Below, one piece after another: positions 1 to 7,510 of a DNA stretch of 32,000 nucleotides. The stretch comes from Nanobdellota archaeon. Lineage in GTDB: Archaea; Nanobdellota; Nanobdellia; Nanobdellales; Nanobdellaceae. Below the pieces are notes generated by a model. It saw nothing but the letters and a program-made list of their open reading frames with translations, was not told where the DNA came from and searched no databases. The stretch covers positions 570,001 through 602,000 of the forward strand of contig AP031373.1 of the NCBI GenBank assembly GCA_042850255.1, in the 5' to 3' direction. Position 1 is the first letter of the stretch, and each line of letters opens with the position of its first letter. The translations under genes were made by a program, and so were the position numbers.

Positions 1-18
1 AATTTATATAAAATGTTT

Positions 19-597
19 TTATGGTTTTCCTTTTGAGTATCCTTTAGTAACTCCCATAGCTATTAAATGAGCAACCCTTACTGGTTCAGGAATTCTTGAA
101 TATATTGATGTTAACTTTATTATTTCTATTACTTCTTCTTTTTCTATTCCATAATATTGAAAATATAATTTTCCATATTTAGTTTCAAAGTATTCGGTCT
201 TTGGATATCTTTTTATTATTTCTATTCTTTTTTCTCCATTTATAGTATGTCTAGCAGCTTCTATAAATTTTTCTAGATTTGGTTTTTTTCTTACAACAGA
301 TATAATTGGTAAGTTTAATTTTTCATATAAATATTCAAAATCTAATAAATTAAAACCTGCAAATGATATTCCATTTGTCATAATAACTTTTATTTGATAA
401 TAATGTTTTGTTCTTTTAATCATTTCTACAATTTTATCGTTTACATCAAATCCGTCAACTTCTATTTTATTAGATAAAACACCATCAATTTGTTTATGTC
501 CTCTCATTATTACTCCAACTATTAAAGATAATTTATCTTTATTTCTATCAAAATATCCATCATCAATTCCTATTATTCTAATTTCATTTTTAACCAT
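19..597 (-). CDS. UPF0215/DUF99 family protein (endonuclease V-like fold, function unknown)
   Basis: 192-aa ORF. 'IRIIGIDDGYF', 'EVDGFDVNDKI', 'NGISFAGFNLLD' and C-terminal 'IPEPVRVAHLIAMG' fit the archaeal DUF99 pattern as I remember it. Its start overlaps the upstream gene end by 25 nt. Confidence 0.65.
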   Translation of the reverse strand: MVKNEIRIIGIDDGYFDRNKDKLSLIVGVIMRGHKQIDGVLSNKIEVDGFDVNDKIVEMIKRTKHYYQIKVIMTNGISFAGFNLLDFEYLYEKLNLPIISVVRKKPNLEKFIEAARHTINGEKRIEIIKRYPKTEYFETKYGKLYFQYYGIEKEEVIEIIKLTSIYSRIPEPVRVAHLIAMGVTKGYSKGKP

Positions 598-1157
598 TTA
601 TTAATATATTTTTCCCAATCGAATTTAAAAAATATAATACTTAATAATAAAAATAAAATTGAAGAATAAATTGATAAATTCAATAAATTAATTTTTGTTA
701 TATAACTAATTTCTTTTAATAAAAATATTTGAATATAAACTTCTATAAATGATTTAGATATTTTTCCAATTATTGATATAATATAATATTTTATTACATT
801 TAACTTTTCTATACCAAAAGATAAATAAAAGAAATCATCTAATGGTAGAAATGGTAATATTGTAATAAAGAAAAATGCTAAGTTAAAATATTTTATTTTA
901 GAGATCTTTTTTATAAACAACATATTTTTATTTTCTTTTAATGGTTTGGATAAAAATATACCAATAGTATACATAAATAATTTACCAGTTGCTGCTCCTA
1001 AACCCAATATTATTGATACATAAACAATATTTTGTAAATTAACACCAATACTAATTAATACTGGCAATGACAAAGTTGTAAAAGGCGCTCCAAATAATGG
1101 AAAAGCATTTAATATAAATGATTCAAAAAATAAATATAGTATATAAAAGATATTCAT
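573..1157 (-). CDS. Integral membrane protein, DedA/VTT(SNARE-associated)-like
   Basis: 194-aa ORF with several hydrophobic helices. 'GLGAATGKLFMYTIG' and 'ILPFLPLDDFFYLSFG' resemble the DedA/VTT motifs (G..G....Y.lG ; r.iP.iP.d....aG). 4-nt overlap with the mbf1 stop. Confidence 0.45.
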   Translation of the reverse strand: MNIFYILYLFFESFILNAFPLFGAPFTTLSLPVLISIGVNLQNIVYVSIILGLGAATGKLFMYTIGIFLSKPLKENKNMLFIKKISKIKYFNLAFFFITILPFLPLDDFFYLSFGIEKLNVIKYYIISIIGKISKSFIEVYIQIFLLKEISYITKINLLNLSIYSSILFLLLSIIFFKFDWEKYINKWLKMKLE

Positions 1158-1594
1158 TCTTCGAATTCTAATATATCCCCTACAGTAACATAATCAGATT
1201 TCTTATTATTTTCCAATTTTTCCGTTAAAACTTCTTTTTTAGTTATTTTTATATTTAATATTTTTTCAATTTTTTTAGCTAAATTTAAATCCGGTATTAT
1301 CTTTTTATTTTCTATAGCTTTATATAAATTTTCTTTTATTCCCAACAATTTTGCCATATCTTCTTGTTTTAAATTATGCTCTTCTCTATATTTTATTAAT
1401 ATTTTATTATAATTTTCATCAACAACTTCACCAACTATTTCCTTTATTTCTACTTTTTTCTCAATCACATTTCCTTTTTCATCTACAGGTTTCCCATATT
1501 TTTTACACTCTTCGCATACATTTAGTATAGTTCCTTCTATTAATACTTTATATAATTTATTAGTATTCTTGCCACAAAGTTCACATGTACTCAT
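1154..1594 (-). CDS. mbf1: Archaeal multiprotein bridging factor 1 (Zn-ribbon + XRE-type HTH)
   Basis: N-terminal CxxC...CxxC ('CELCGK...CEECKK'). C-terminal HTH segment 'LKQEDMAKLLGIKENLYKAIENKKIIPDLNLAKKIEKILNIKI' is typical of aMBF1. Confidence 0.8.
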   Translation of the reverse strand: MSTCELCGKNTNKLYKVLIEGTILNVCEECKKYGKPVDEKGNVIEKKVEIKEIVGEVVDENYNKILIKYREEHNLKQEDMAKLLGIKENLYKAIENKKIIPDLNLAKKIEKILNIKITKKEVLTEKLENNKKSDYVTVGDILEFEE

Positions 1595-2214
1595 CTTATT
1601 ATTTTTAGTATTTCATCCTTATATTCTATTGCTATTAATATTCCTACTATTATTCCAAATGATATTGCTGTTGCTATTAATAAATAATATAAAGCATCAA
1701 TTAGTATTGTAGAATTCAATCCTATATATGATAATGCAATTGTTATGAAAATATATATAAATAACCCTTTTATAAATACTCTAACATTATTTCTAGCATT
1801 AAATAATATAGAGAGTCCTTCTCCAATTCCTACTCCTAATAAAATAATTATTAATGCACCATATATTAAATTTAAAACATGAAATAAGAAAAATGTCTGT
1901 GGTATACTAATATATATTCCGAAAATTGTAAAATATAAAATTATATAATATTTAACTAAATCCAATATTATTTGTGATAATTTTTTCCCAAAAAATAATG
2001 TAGGATATTTTTCTGTAATATAATCAACTTTTAAGTATCCAAATATAATTCTTAATATAAAAATAATTATTTTTGCTATTATATACCCAATTACAACAAA
2101 TATTATAAACAATATAAAATCTGAAAAATATAATTGAGATTGTGCTATAAATTGTAGAAGTGGTTGTCCTATTGCTTCATATATTCTTAATAATAGTTGT
2201 CCAATAAAATCCAT
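1591..2214 (-). CDS. Polytopic membrane protein, unknown function
   Basis: 207-aa ORF, almost entirely hydrophobic helices. First gene of a four-gene overlapping minus-strand string (2214 to 19). Confidence 0.5.
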   Translation of the reverse strand: MDFIGQLLLRIYEAIGQPLLQFIAQSQLYFSDFILFIIFVVIGYIIAKIIIFILRIIFGYLKVDYITEKYPTLFFGKKLSQIILDLVKYYIILYFTIFGIYISIPQTFFLFHVLNLIYGALIIILLGVGIGEGLSILFNARNNVRVFIKGLFIYIFITIALSYIGLNSTILIDALYYLLIATAISFGIIVGILIAIEYKDEILKIIR

Positions 2215-2235
2215 TAAATTATAATTAAAAAAATT

Positions 2236-2243
2236 TTTATAAA
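2236..2243 (+). promoter_or_regulatory. TATA box (TTTATAAA) preceded by an A-run, upstream of tRNA-Ile
   Basis: 'AAAAAAATTTTTATAAAAGG' at 2227-2246. The 8-mer lies at -34..-27 relative to tRNA position 1. Confidence 0.45.
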
Positions 2244-2269
2244 AGGTTAAATTAAAATATTTTTCATCA

Positions 2270-2342
2270 GGGCCCGTGGCTCAGTGGCTAGAGCGTCCGG
2301 CTGATAACCGGGAGGTCGGGGGTTCGAATCCCCCCGGGCCCA
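2270..2342 (+). tRNA. tRNA-Ile (anticodon GAU)
   Basis: Hand-folded cloverleaf: acceptor GGGCCCG/CGGGCCC, D arm GCTC/GAGC, anticodon stem TCCGG/CCGGG, loop CTGATAA, T arm GGGGG-TTCGAAT-CCCCC, discriminator A. No encoded CCA. Confidence 0.9.
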
Positions 2343-2357
2343 GATTTTATTATTTTG
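2343..2357 (+). terminator. Oligo-T tract after tRNA-Ile
   Basis: 'GATTTTATTATTTTG' directly follows the tRNA 3' end. Archaeal terminators are T-runs. Confidence 0.35.
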
Positions 2358-2414
2358 ATATGATATGAAGATACACTAAAAATAAGCTTCTTTTATTAAT
2401 TTCTAGTTATAATC

Positions 2415-2422
2415 TTTATATA
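2415..2422 (+). promoter_or_regulatory. TATA box (TTTATATA) of pilin-like gene 1
   Basis: Lies at -31..-24 from the ATG at 2446. It sits within the motif 'TTATAATCTTTA' (2407-2418), which also occurs upstream of the paralogue (24730-24741, minus strand). Confidence 0.45.
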
Positions 2423-2445
2423 TTCTTGAATATTTTAATTATATT

Positions 2446-4731
2446 ATGAAATCTATTTCTCCAATTATTGCAACTATATTATTAATAGTTATTGTTATTG
2501 CAATTGCTGCATTATTATATGCATGGTTATCTGGTATGTTTAATTCTATAACATCTTCTACAACTTCTAATACTAATAAATTAACAGATACAATATCATT
2601 TAGTATTGTAAATTTATACTGTTCTAATGGATTATTATATTTTACAATATATAATAATGGAAATATACCAATTGATATTAATAATTCTATAATAACTATA
2701 AATCAAAATAATACTGTTATAGTCGTTAATGGTAATAATATTATATGTAATAATAATATAATTAATCCTGGAGATGAGGAAATATGTTATATAAATAATA
2801 TAACATGTATATATAATCCTTATACAAATATTAATCCTCAAGTATCATTAACATATCAAGGAATAAGTAATAGTAATAATTTAGGTATAGGATATGAAAT
2901 ATTAAATGGTAATAATAATACTATTAGTAGTTATTCTTCAACTAATAATACTAATTCTACAAGTAGTTCTCCAAGTAATACTACTAATACTACATCTTCC
3001 TCTCCATCATCTTCTTCACCAAGTAATACAACAAATAGTACTATATCAAATATACCTTATTATACTGTAACATTATATAATTCTCAACCCATTAATACTC
3101 CTTCTCCATTCCAACAAGATATTGCAATATGTAATGGAACAACAATACAAAATCCATATTTTGATATAGTTGGATACAATTCTACCTCAGGATCATATTC
3201 CGCATCTGTTACTTTACCTCAAAATGCAACATTATATTTATGTAATGGAGCAAGTAGTGATTTAAATTCGCTTTCATCGTTTTCTTGGATATCACAAGAA
3301 ATATCGGAAGGTACTGTTAGCCTAGGGTATCAAAATTCAAATATATGTTCTGATTCTGGTATTTCAAACTTAACGGTAGGTGGGGTTGCAATAAATACAA
3401 ACGAGTATTATAATTTCCAAGGTGATGTTTTTAGAAATGTAATCTCTTTCTCCTATAATTATATTGTAAATGCAACATCAAATGTTACAATATCAATTGC
3501 TTGTGGATATGGTGAATGTAGTTCTATTACATTACCTTCGGGCTGTCAAGTATTATTTAATACAGTAGGGCTAGATAACCATGAAACATCCTTCTTTGCA
3601 GTATGTTATAACCAATCTCCAGGAACATATACAATATCTGGATCATTAAGCTATTATGGAGATGCATCAATAGGAATATATGAATTTTCTCCATATCTTC
3701 CAAATTTAGGTTCTAATTTTGCATATGTAAATAATCAAACAATATTTAATGAAATAGATTATAATGGTCAGAATGTATATTTCTTTAGTAATACATCAAA
3801 TATAAATGGATCATTGTTATATTCTTGGTATGAAGGAGAAGCAGATTATAATAATTTATATTGTAAAATATGGTGGGTAAATATATCTAATGGAATTCCT
3901 GCAAATAGTAATTATACAATTTATATGTATATTGGAAATAATAGTAATAATTATTATTCACAATATTATCCTTATGTAGGTGTATCACCACAAGTTATTT
4001 CAGGTTACGATAACGGTCAAGATATATTTATATCTTATGGATATTTTAATAATACATTTGATGGTTGGAGTGCTTATAATTATTCTGATAGTTTTGTACC
4101 CTTACCAACGCCTTATGGTATTGAAATGCTAAATAATATATCTTATGAAGGAACATATATTTTACCATATAATAACGGAAATGTTCCAGAGATACCATTA
4201 ATTGTGGAAGAGGCTTGGTATTATAGTGGAATTAATAACGGAGATATTGTTTCAAAAGAGGCCAACTCCATTTCTTTATTTGGAAATACTAGTGAACAAG
4301 TAGATATAAATAATAATGGAGTTGTACCAGCTTCCAATTATTCTACATCAACTCAATTTGCATATGATCCAGGCATTTATACTGACTACTTAGAGTACGC
4401 AACAAATAATCAAGTCTTAAACTCTACATATTTTTCAACTTCTGGTGGTGTATTTTATTCATATTTACTAGTTAACCAAACTTATGCTCAAGCTGGTTGG
4501 TATCACTATAATCTTAACCAAATGTGGATTCCATTAATATTATTAGATAGCTACTCATTAGATCAGAATTATTATACATATTCAGATCTAAATTATAATC
4601 CTTTTCAATATCATACTTTAGAAATTGGTGCTGGAGCAGGATTTTCATATGGGTCTTATCAATATGTAGAATGGGTAGTTGCTAGAGCATATCCTCCTAA
4701 TGGAATTATGCCTTCAATCTATATAAGTTAA
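2446..4731 (+). CDS. Large surface protein: archaeal type IV pilin-like (class III) signal peptide, Cys-containing N-terminal beta domain, S/T/N-rich stalk, interrupted DUF2341-like C-terminal module
   Basis: N-terminus 'MKS/ISPIIATILLIVIVIAIAALLYAWLSGMF' matches the Pilin_N (PF07790-type) pattern. 'PFQQDIAI...FAYVNNQT...YSWYEGE...IWWVNISNGIPANSNYTIYMYIG...WVVARAYPPNGIMPS' resembles DUF2341 proteins of thermoacidophilic archaea (from memory). Many N-x-S/T sequons. Confidence 0.7.
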   Translation: MKSISPIIATILLIVIVIAIAALLYAWLSGMFNSITSSTTSNTNKLTDTISFSIVNLYCSNGLLYFTIYNNGNIPIDINNSIITINQNNTVIVVNGNNIICNNNIINPGDEEICYINNITCIYNPYTNINPQVSLTYQGISNSNNLGIGYEILNGNNNTISSYSSTNNTNSTSSSPSNTTNTTSSSPSSSSPSNTTNSTISNIPYYTVTLYNSQPINTPSPFQQDIAICNGTTIQNPYFDIVGYNSTSGSYSASVTLPQNATLYLCNGASSDLNSLSSFSWISQEISEGTVSLGYQNSNICSDSGISNLTVGGVAINTNEYYNFQGDVFRNVISFSYNYIVNATSNVTISIACGYGECSSITLPSGCQVLFNTVGLDNHETSFFAVCYNQSPGTYTISGSLSYYGDASIGIYEFSPYLPNLGSNFAYVNNQTIFNEIDYNGQNVYFFSNTSNINGSLLYSWYEGEADYNNLYCKIWWVNISNGIPANSNYTIYMYIGNNSNNYYSQYYPYVGVSPQVISGYDNGQDIFISYGYFNNTFDGWSAYNYSDSFVPLPTPYGIEMLNNISYEGTYILPYNNGNVPEIPLIVEEAWYYSGINNGDIVSKEANSISLFGNTSEQVDINNNGVVPASNYSTSTQFAYDPGIYTDYLEYATNNQVLNSTYFSTSGGVFYSYLLVNQTYAQAGWYHYNLNQMWIPLILLDSYSLDQNYYTYSDLNYNPFQYHTLEIGAGAGFSYGSYQYVEWVVARAYPPNGIMPSIYIS
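2965..3042 (+). repeat. Imperfect in-frame direct repeat encoding 'SSPSNTTN(T/S)T' twice within an S/T/N-rich linker
   Basis: 'agttctccaagtaatactactaatact' (from 2965) and 'tcttcaccaagtaatacaacaaatagt' (from 3013). The paralogue at 23103-24689 lacks this linker. Confidence 0.6.
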
Positions 4732-4736
4732 AAAAC

Positions 4737-4863
4737 TGCGGGGGAGGGGATTTGAACCCCTGGCGGGCCTTAACCCATCGGGTCTCTTACCTTGTGGTGC
4801 GGCGAATAGATTATATTATCAAGGTCTTAAGCCCGACCCCTTTGACCGCTCGGGCACCCCCGC
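4737..4863 (-). tRNA. tRNA-Leu (anticodon UAA), class II long variable arm, with intron
   Basis: Minus strand: GCGGGGG-TG-CCC-GAGCGGTCAAA-GGG-G-TCGGG-CTTAAG[intron]A-CCCGA-TGGGTTAAGGCCCGCC-AGGGG-TTCAAAT-CCCCT-CCCCCGC-A. Exons total 85 nt. A T6 run follows the 3' end and overlaps the stop codon of the opposite-strand gene. Confidence 0.85.
4784..4825 (-). other. tRNA intron (about 42 nt) at canonical position 37/38
   Basis: Interrupts the anticodon loop after CTTAAG. The intron ends carry the complementary hexamers ACCTTG...CAAGGT. The exact splice points are ambiguous by one A. Confidence 0.7.
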
Positions 4864-4889
4864 GTATTTTTAATTAATAATGATTTGTC

Positions 4890-4897
4890 TTTTAAAA
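4890..4897. promoter_or_regulatory. Palindromic TATA element TTTTAAAA, apparently shared by divergent tRNA-Leu and rps8e
   Basis: It is the only TATA-like box at a suitable distance in the 56-nt spacer: -30..-23 from the S8e ATG (4920) and -34..-27 from tRNA-Leu position 1 (4863). Confidence 0.45.
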
Positions 4898-4919
4898 TTT
4901 TTTCATTATAATTAAAGAA

Positions 4920-5339
4920 ATGGTAACTGTATATAGAAAATTAGGATTATCAATATATCAAGGTAAGGACTTAAGAAAAGAAAGTGGTAAAATTAAAACA
5001 CCTAATAGTAAAAAGAGAAGAATACACTATGGTAGATATTCTACATATACTAAATTATCTAAAAGTAATGATGAATTAAGATATATTGTAAGGGTAAAAG
5101 GTGGTAATTATAAAGTAAAATTAAAAGAAGCTTTATACGCAAATGTTTTGAACCCAGATAATAAAGAAATTAAAAAAGTAAAAATATTAGAAGTAGTTAA
5201 AAATCCAAATGATAAAAACTTAGATAGATTAAAGATTATAACAAAAAATACTATAATAAATACTGAAATAGGAAAAGCTGTTGTAGTATCAAGACCAGGA
5301 CAGGACGGAGTTATAAATGCTGTATTATTAAAGCAATAA
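4920..5339 (+). CDS. rps8e: 30S ribosomal protein S8e
   Basis: 'QGKDLRKESGKIK...KKRR', 'VRVKGGNYKVKL' and C-terminal 'VVVSRPGQDGVINAVLLK' are S8e hallmarks. Confidence 0.85.
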   Translation: MVTVYRKLGLSIYQGKDLRKESGKIKTPNSKKRRIHYGRYSTYTKLSKSNDELRYIVRVKGGNYKVKLKEALYANVLNPDNKEIKKVKILEVVKNPNDKNLDRLKIITKNTIINTEIGKAVVVSRPGQDGVINAVLLKQ

Positions 5340-5393
5340 TTTTTAAATAAGGTAAAAATAAATTTATAAAATCTTTTTGCATATTCATACTTT

Positions 5394-5612
5394 ATGGATA
5401 TAGTCAGACCTTTGGATGTAATAACACAATCAAAAGGTAAAGAAATAATAGTAGAAATGAAGAATGGTAAACAATATAGAGGAAAATTAGTAGCATCAGA
5501 TGTTCATCCTAATATGGTATTAGAAGATGCAACAGAATTAGACACAAACAAAAAATTACCTTGGATATTCTTAAGGGGAGATAATATATCAGTTATAAAA
5601 CCAGCAGAATAA
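5394..5612 (+). CDS. Sm-like (LSm/SmAP) RNA-binding protein
   Basis: 72 aa. Sm1/Sm2 pattern: 'PLDVI...GKEIIVEMKNGKQYRGKLVASDVHPNMVLEDA...IFLRGDNISVI'. Confidence 0.85.
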   Translation: MDIVRPLDVITQSKGKEIIVEMKNGKQYRGKLVASDVHPNMVLEDATELDTNKKLPWIFLRGDNISVIKPAE

Positions 5613-5616
5613 AAAA

Positions 5617-5883
5617 TTAAACAAGATCTTCTTCAGATACAACTATATAATCTCCAACTGCCTTAACAGCAACAAAAGGTACTAAAAATCCATCTTTTGT
5701 TTTTTCTAATCCTAATCTTTCAGCATTTTCAGTAGGATTCTTTAATATAATATTTAATACTTCTCCACTTTTTTCTTCGAATTGCAAGTCTGCTACGTCT
5801 CCTAATTTTCTACCTTTATCAGTAACTACCGGTCTATTTATTAAAGATGAGGCTTCATATCTATCCATAATATAAAAATACAA
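5617..5883 (-). CDS. PRC-barrel domain protein
   Basis: 88 aa. 'LINRPVVTDKGRKLGDVADLQFEEKSGEVLNIIL...FVAVKAVGDYIVV' fits the PRC-barrel pattern. Confidence 0.6.
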   Translation of the reverse strand: MYFYIMDRYEASSLINRPVVTDKGRKLGDVADLQFEEKSGEVLNIILKNPTENAERLGLEKTKDGFLVPFVAVKAVGDYIVVSEEDLV

Positions 5884-5902
5884 AATACGAAATTATAAAG
5901 TT

Positions 5903-6880
5903 TTATACATCCCTTACCCCTTCTTCCGTTATTTTAAATACTGCTTCCCTCTCAGGTAAATGAGGAGCATCAATCAATCTTGCAATCCTAGTCCTTTCTT
6001 TACCCTTTCTTAAGAATATTCTATATGTTATTGCATGAGCTAGTACATGTCCACCGACTGCTTGTTGATCTAATGCAAAGAACCCTTCAGGTTTTGCCAT
6101 AACCTGGTTAGTAACATATACTGCAATATTATATACAGTTGCTAACTTTAATAGATCCCTTAAATGTTGGTTCAACTTTTGCTGCCTTTCTGCTAAATTA
6201 CTTCTTCCAACATATTCTGCTCTAAAATGTGCAGTAATGGAATCTATTACCAATAATCTAATATTTCTTCCTTCATGTATTAAAGAAGGTATTTTCTTTA
6301 CAATATTAATTTGATGATCAGAATTATATGCTCTAATAAACAATATATTCTTTAAAACAGATTCAGGATCTAATCCTACACCCTTTGCCATTTGTACAAT
6401 TCTTTCAGGTCTAAATGTTCCTTCTGTATCAATATATACTGCTTGAGCAGGTTTATCCTGTTCACTTAATCCTCCTTTATCTTTTGGTAATTGTACATTA
6501 ACTGCCAACTGATGTCCTAATTGTGTTTTTCCCGATCCAAATTCACCAAATGCTTCTACTAAAGATTGAGTTTCAATTCCTCCTCCTAATAAATCATCCA
6601 AAGCTTTCGATCCTGTAGTTATTCTTTCAATTACTTGTCTAGAATTAAAGTAATCATATGCAGTTTTAAATCCTTGACCTACTATATCTTGAGCTAATTC
6701 AACTAATTTCTTTGCAGTTTCTTCACCCAATCCGCATTTTTCAACTAATTCATGAGTAGAAGACATTGCTAAATCTTCTATTGTAAATATACCAGCTTCT
6801 CTTAACTTTTGTGCAGTTTTTGGGCCTACTCCAGGCAAATCTTCTAAACTTTTTATTTTTTCTTCTTCCTCTGTAGCCAT
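5903..6880 (-). CDS. radA: DNA repair and recombination protein RadA
   Basis: N-terminal HhH '[19 protein letters not shown]', Walker A 'GEFGSGKTQ', '[15 protein letters not shown]' and 'VYVTNQV'. AATATAAA box at -29..-22 (6902-6909). Confidence 0.95.
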   Translation of the reverse strand: MATEEEEKIKSLEDLPGVGPKTAQKLREAGIFTIEDLAMSSTHELVEKCGLGEETAKKLVELAQDIVGQGFKTAYDYFNSRQVIERITTGSKALDDLLGGGIETQSLVEAFGEFGSGKTQLGHQLAVNVQLPKDKGGLSEQDKPAQAVYIDTEGTFRPERIVQMAKGVGLDPESVLKNILFIRAYNSDHQINIVKKIPSLIHEGRNIRLLVIDSITAHFRAEYVGRSNLAERQQKLNQHLRDLLKLATVYNIAVYVTNQVMAKPEGFFALDQQAVGGHVLAHAITYRIFLRKGKERTRIARLIDAPHLPEREAVFKITEEGVRDV

Positions 6881-6910
6881 TAAGATTATATAAATTCAAA
6901 CTTTATATTT

Positions 6911-7510
6911 TTATATATTCATAAAATCTTTTATTAATAATTCATTTATTTTATTTTCATCCAAAGATAAATATCTTAAATAATTTATTTCTTCTTTATT
7001 CAATTTTAATAACTTAGATCCATGGAATCCTTTTGATTTATCATTTTTTACATCTAATATAGGTAATAGTATTGATATTCCATTTTCTTCTAACAGTATT
7101 TGATTTAATTTTCCCTCCGAATTTTCAGAATCTTTATCTATCAATATTTTAGATATTATAACAACTTTCTTCTCATTATATATCTTTTCCAAAAATTCTC
7201 CATAACTTTTATTTTTAATATTATATAAATTATAAAAATATAATTCTCCATTATTTTCAATTAAAAAATCTATTTTTACATTTCCTTCAATGTTAAATTC
7301 ATTATATATCATTGATTTTTTATCATTTTTTATCCTAAATTTTATATTACAATTTTTTAAATTAAATACATTATAATAAATCTTTTCATCTAAATTTATT
7401 TCAAATATTTTATCATAATCTATATTATATTCATTTTTAATTATTTCATATTTATCAAAGTTCCTATCATAGTATTTCCTAAACAATTCTTTAAAAAATG
7501 TTGAATCCAT
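6911..7510 (-). CDS. Miniature SufB/SufD-like protein (candidate Fe-S scaffold partner of SufC)
   Basis: 199 aa, overlaps the sufC stop by 20 nt. C-terminus 'LPILDVKNDKSKGFHGSKLLKLNKEEINYLRYLSLDENKINELLIKDF' aligns by eye to the SufB/D signature '[48 protein letters not shown]'. Confidence 0.4.
   Translation of the reverse strand: MDSTFFKELFRKYYDRNFDKYEIIKNEYNIDYDKIFEINLDEKIYYNVFNLKNCNIKFRIKNDKKSMIYNEFNIEGNVKIDFLIENNGELYFYNLYNIKNKSYGEFLEKIYNEKKVVIISKILIDKDSENSEGKLNQILLEENGISILLPILDVKNDKSKGFHGSKLLKLNKEEINYLRYLSLDENKINELLIKDFMNI

Noticed and set aside
2635-2841. 68-aa minus-strand ORF inside the pilin-like gene
   Set aside because: It lies antisense to a well-supported CDS. Its I/Y/N-rich low-complexity translation is what AT-rich DNA yields in any frame.
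2215-4919. Integrated mobile element targeting the tRNA genes that flank the 761-aa gene
   Set aside because: There is no integrase and no duplicated tRNA 3' fragment; GC-rich patches would stand out and only the three intact tRNAs do. There are no direct repeats. I treat it only as a possible variable hotspot.
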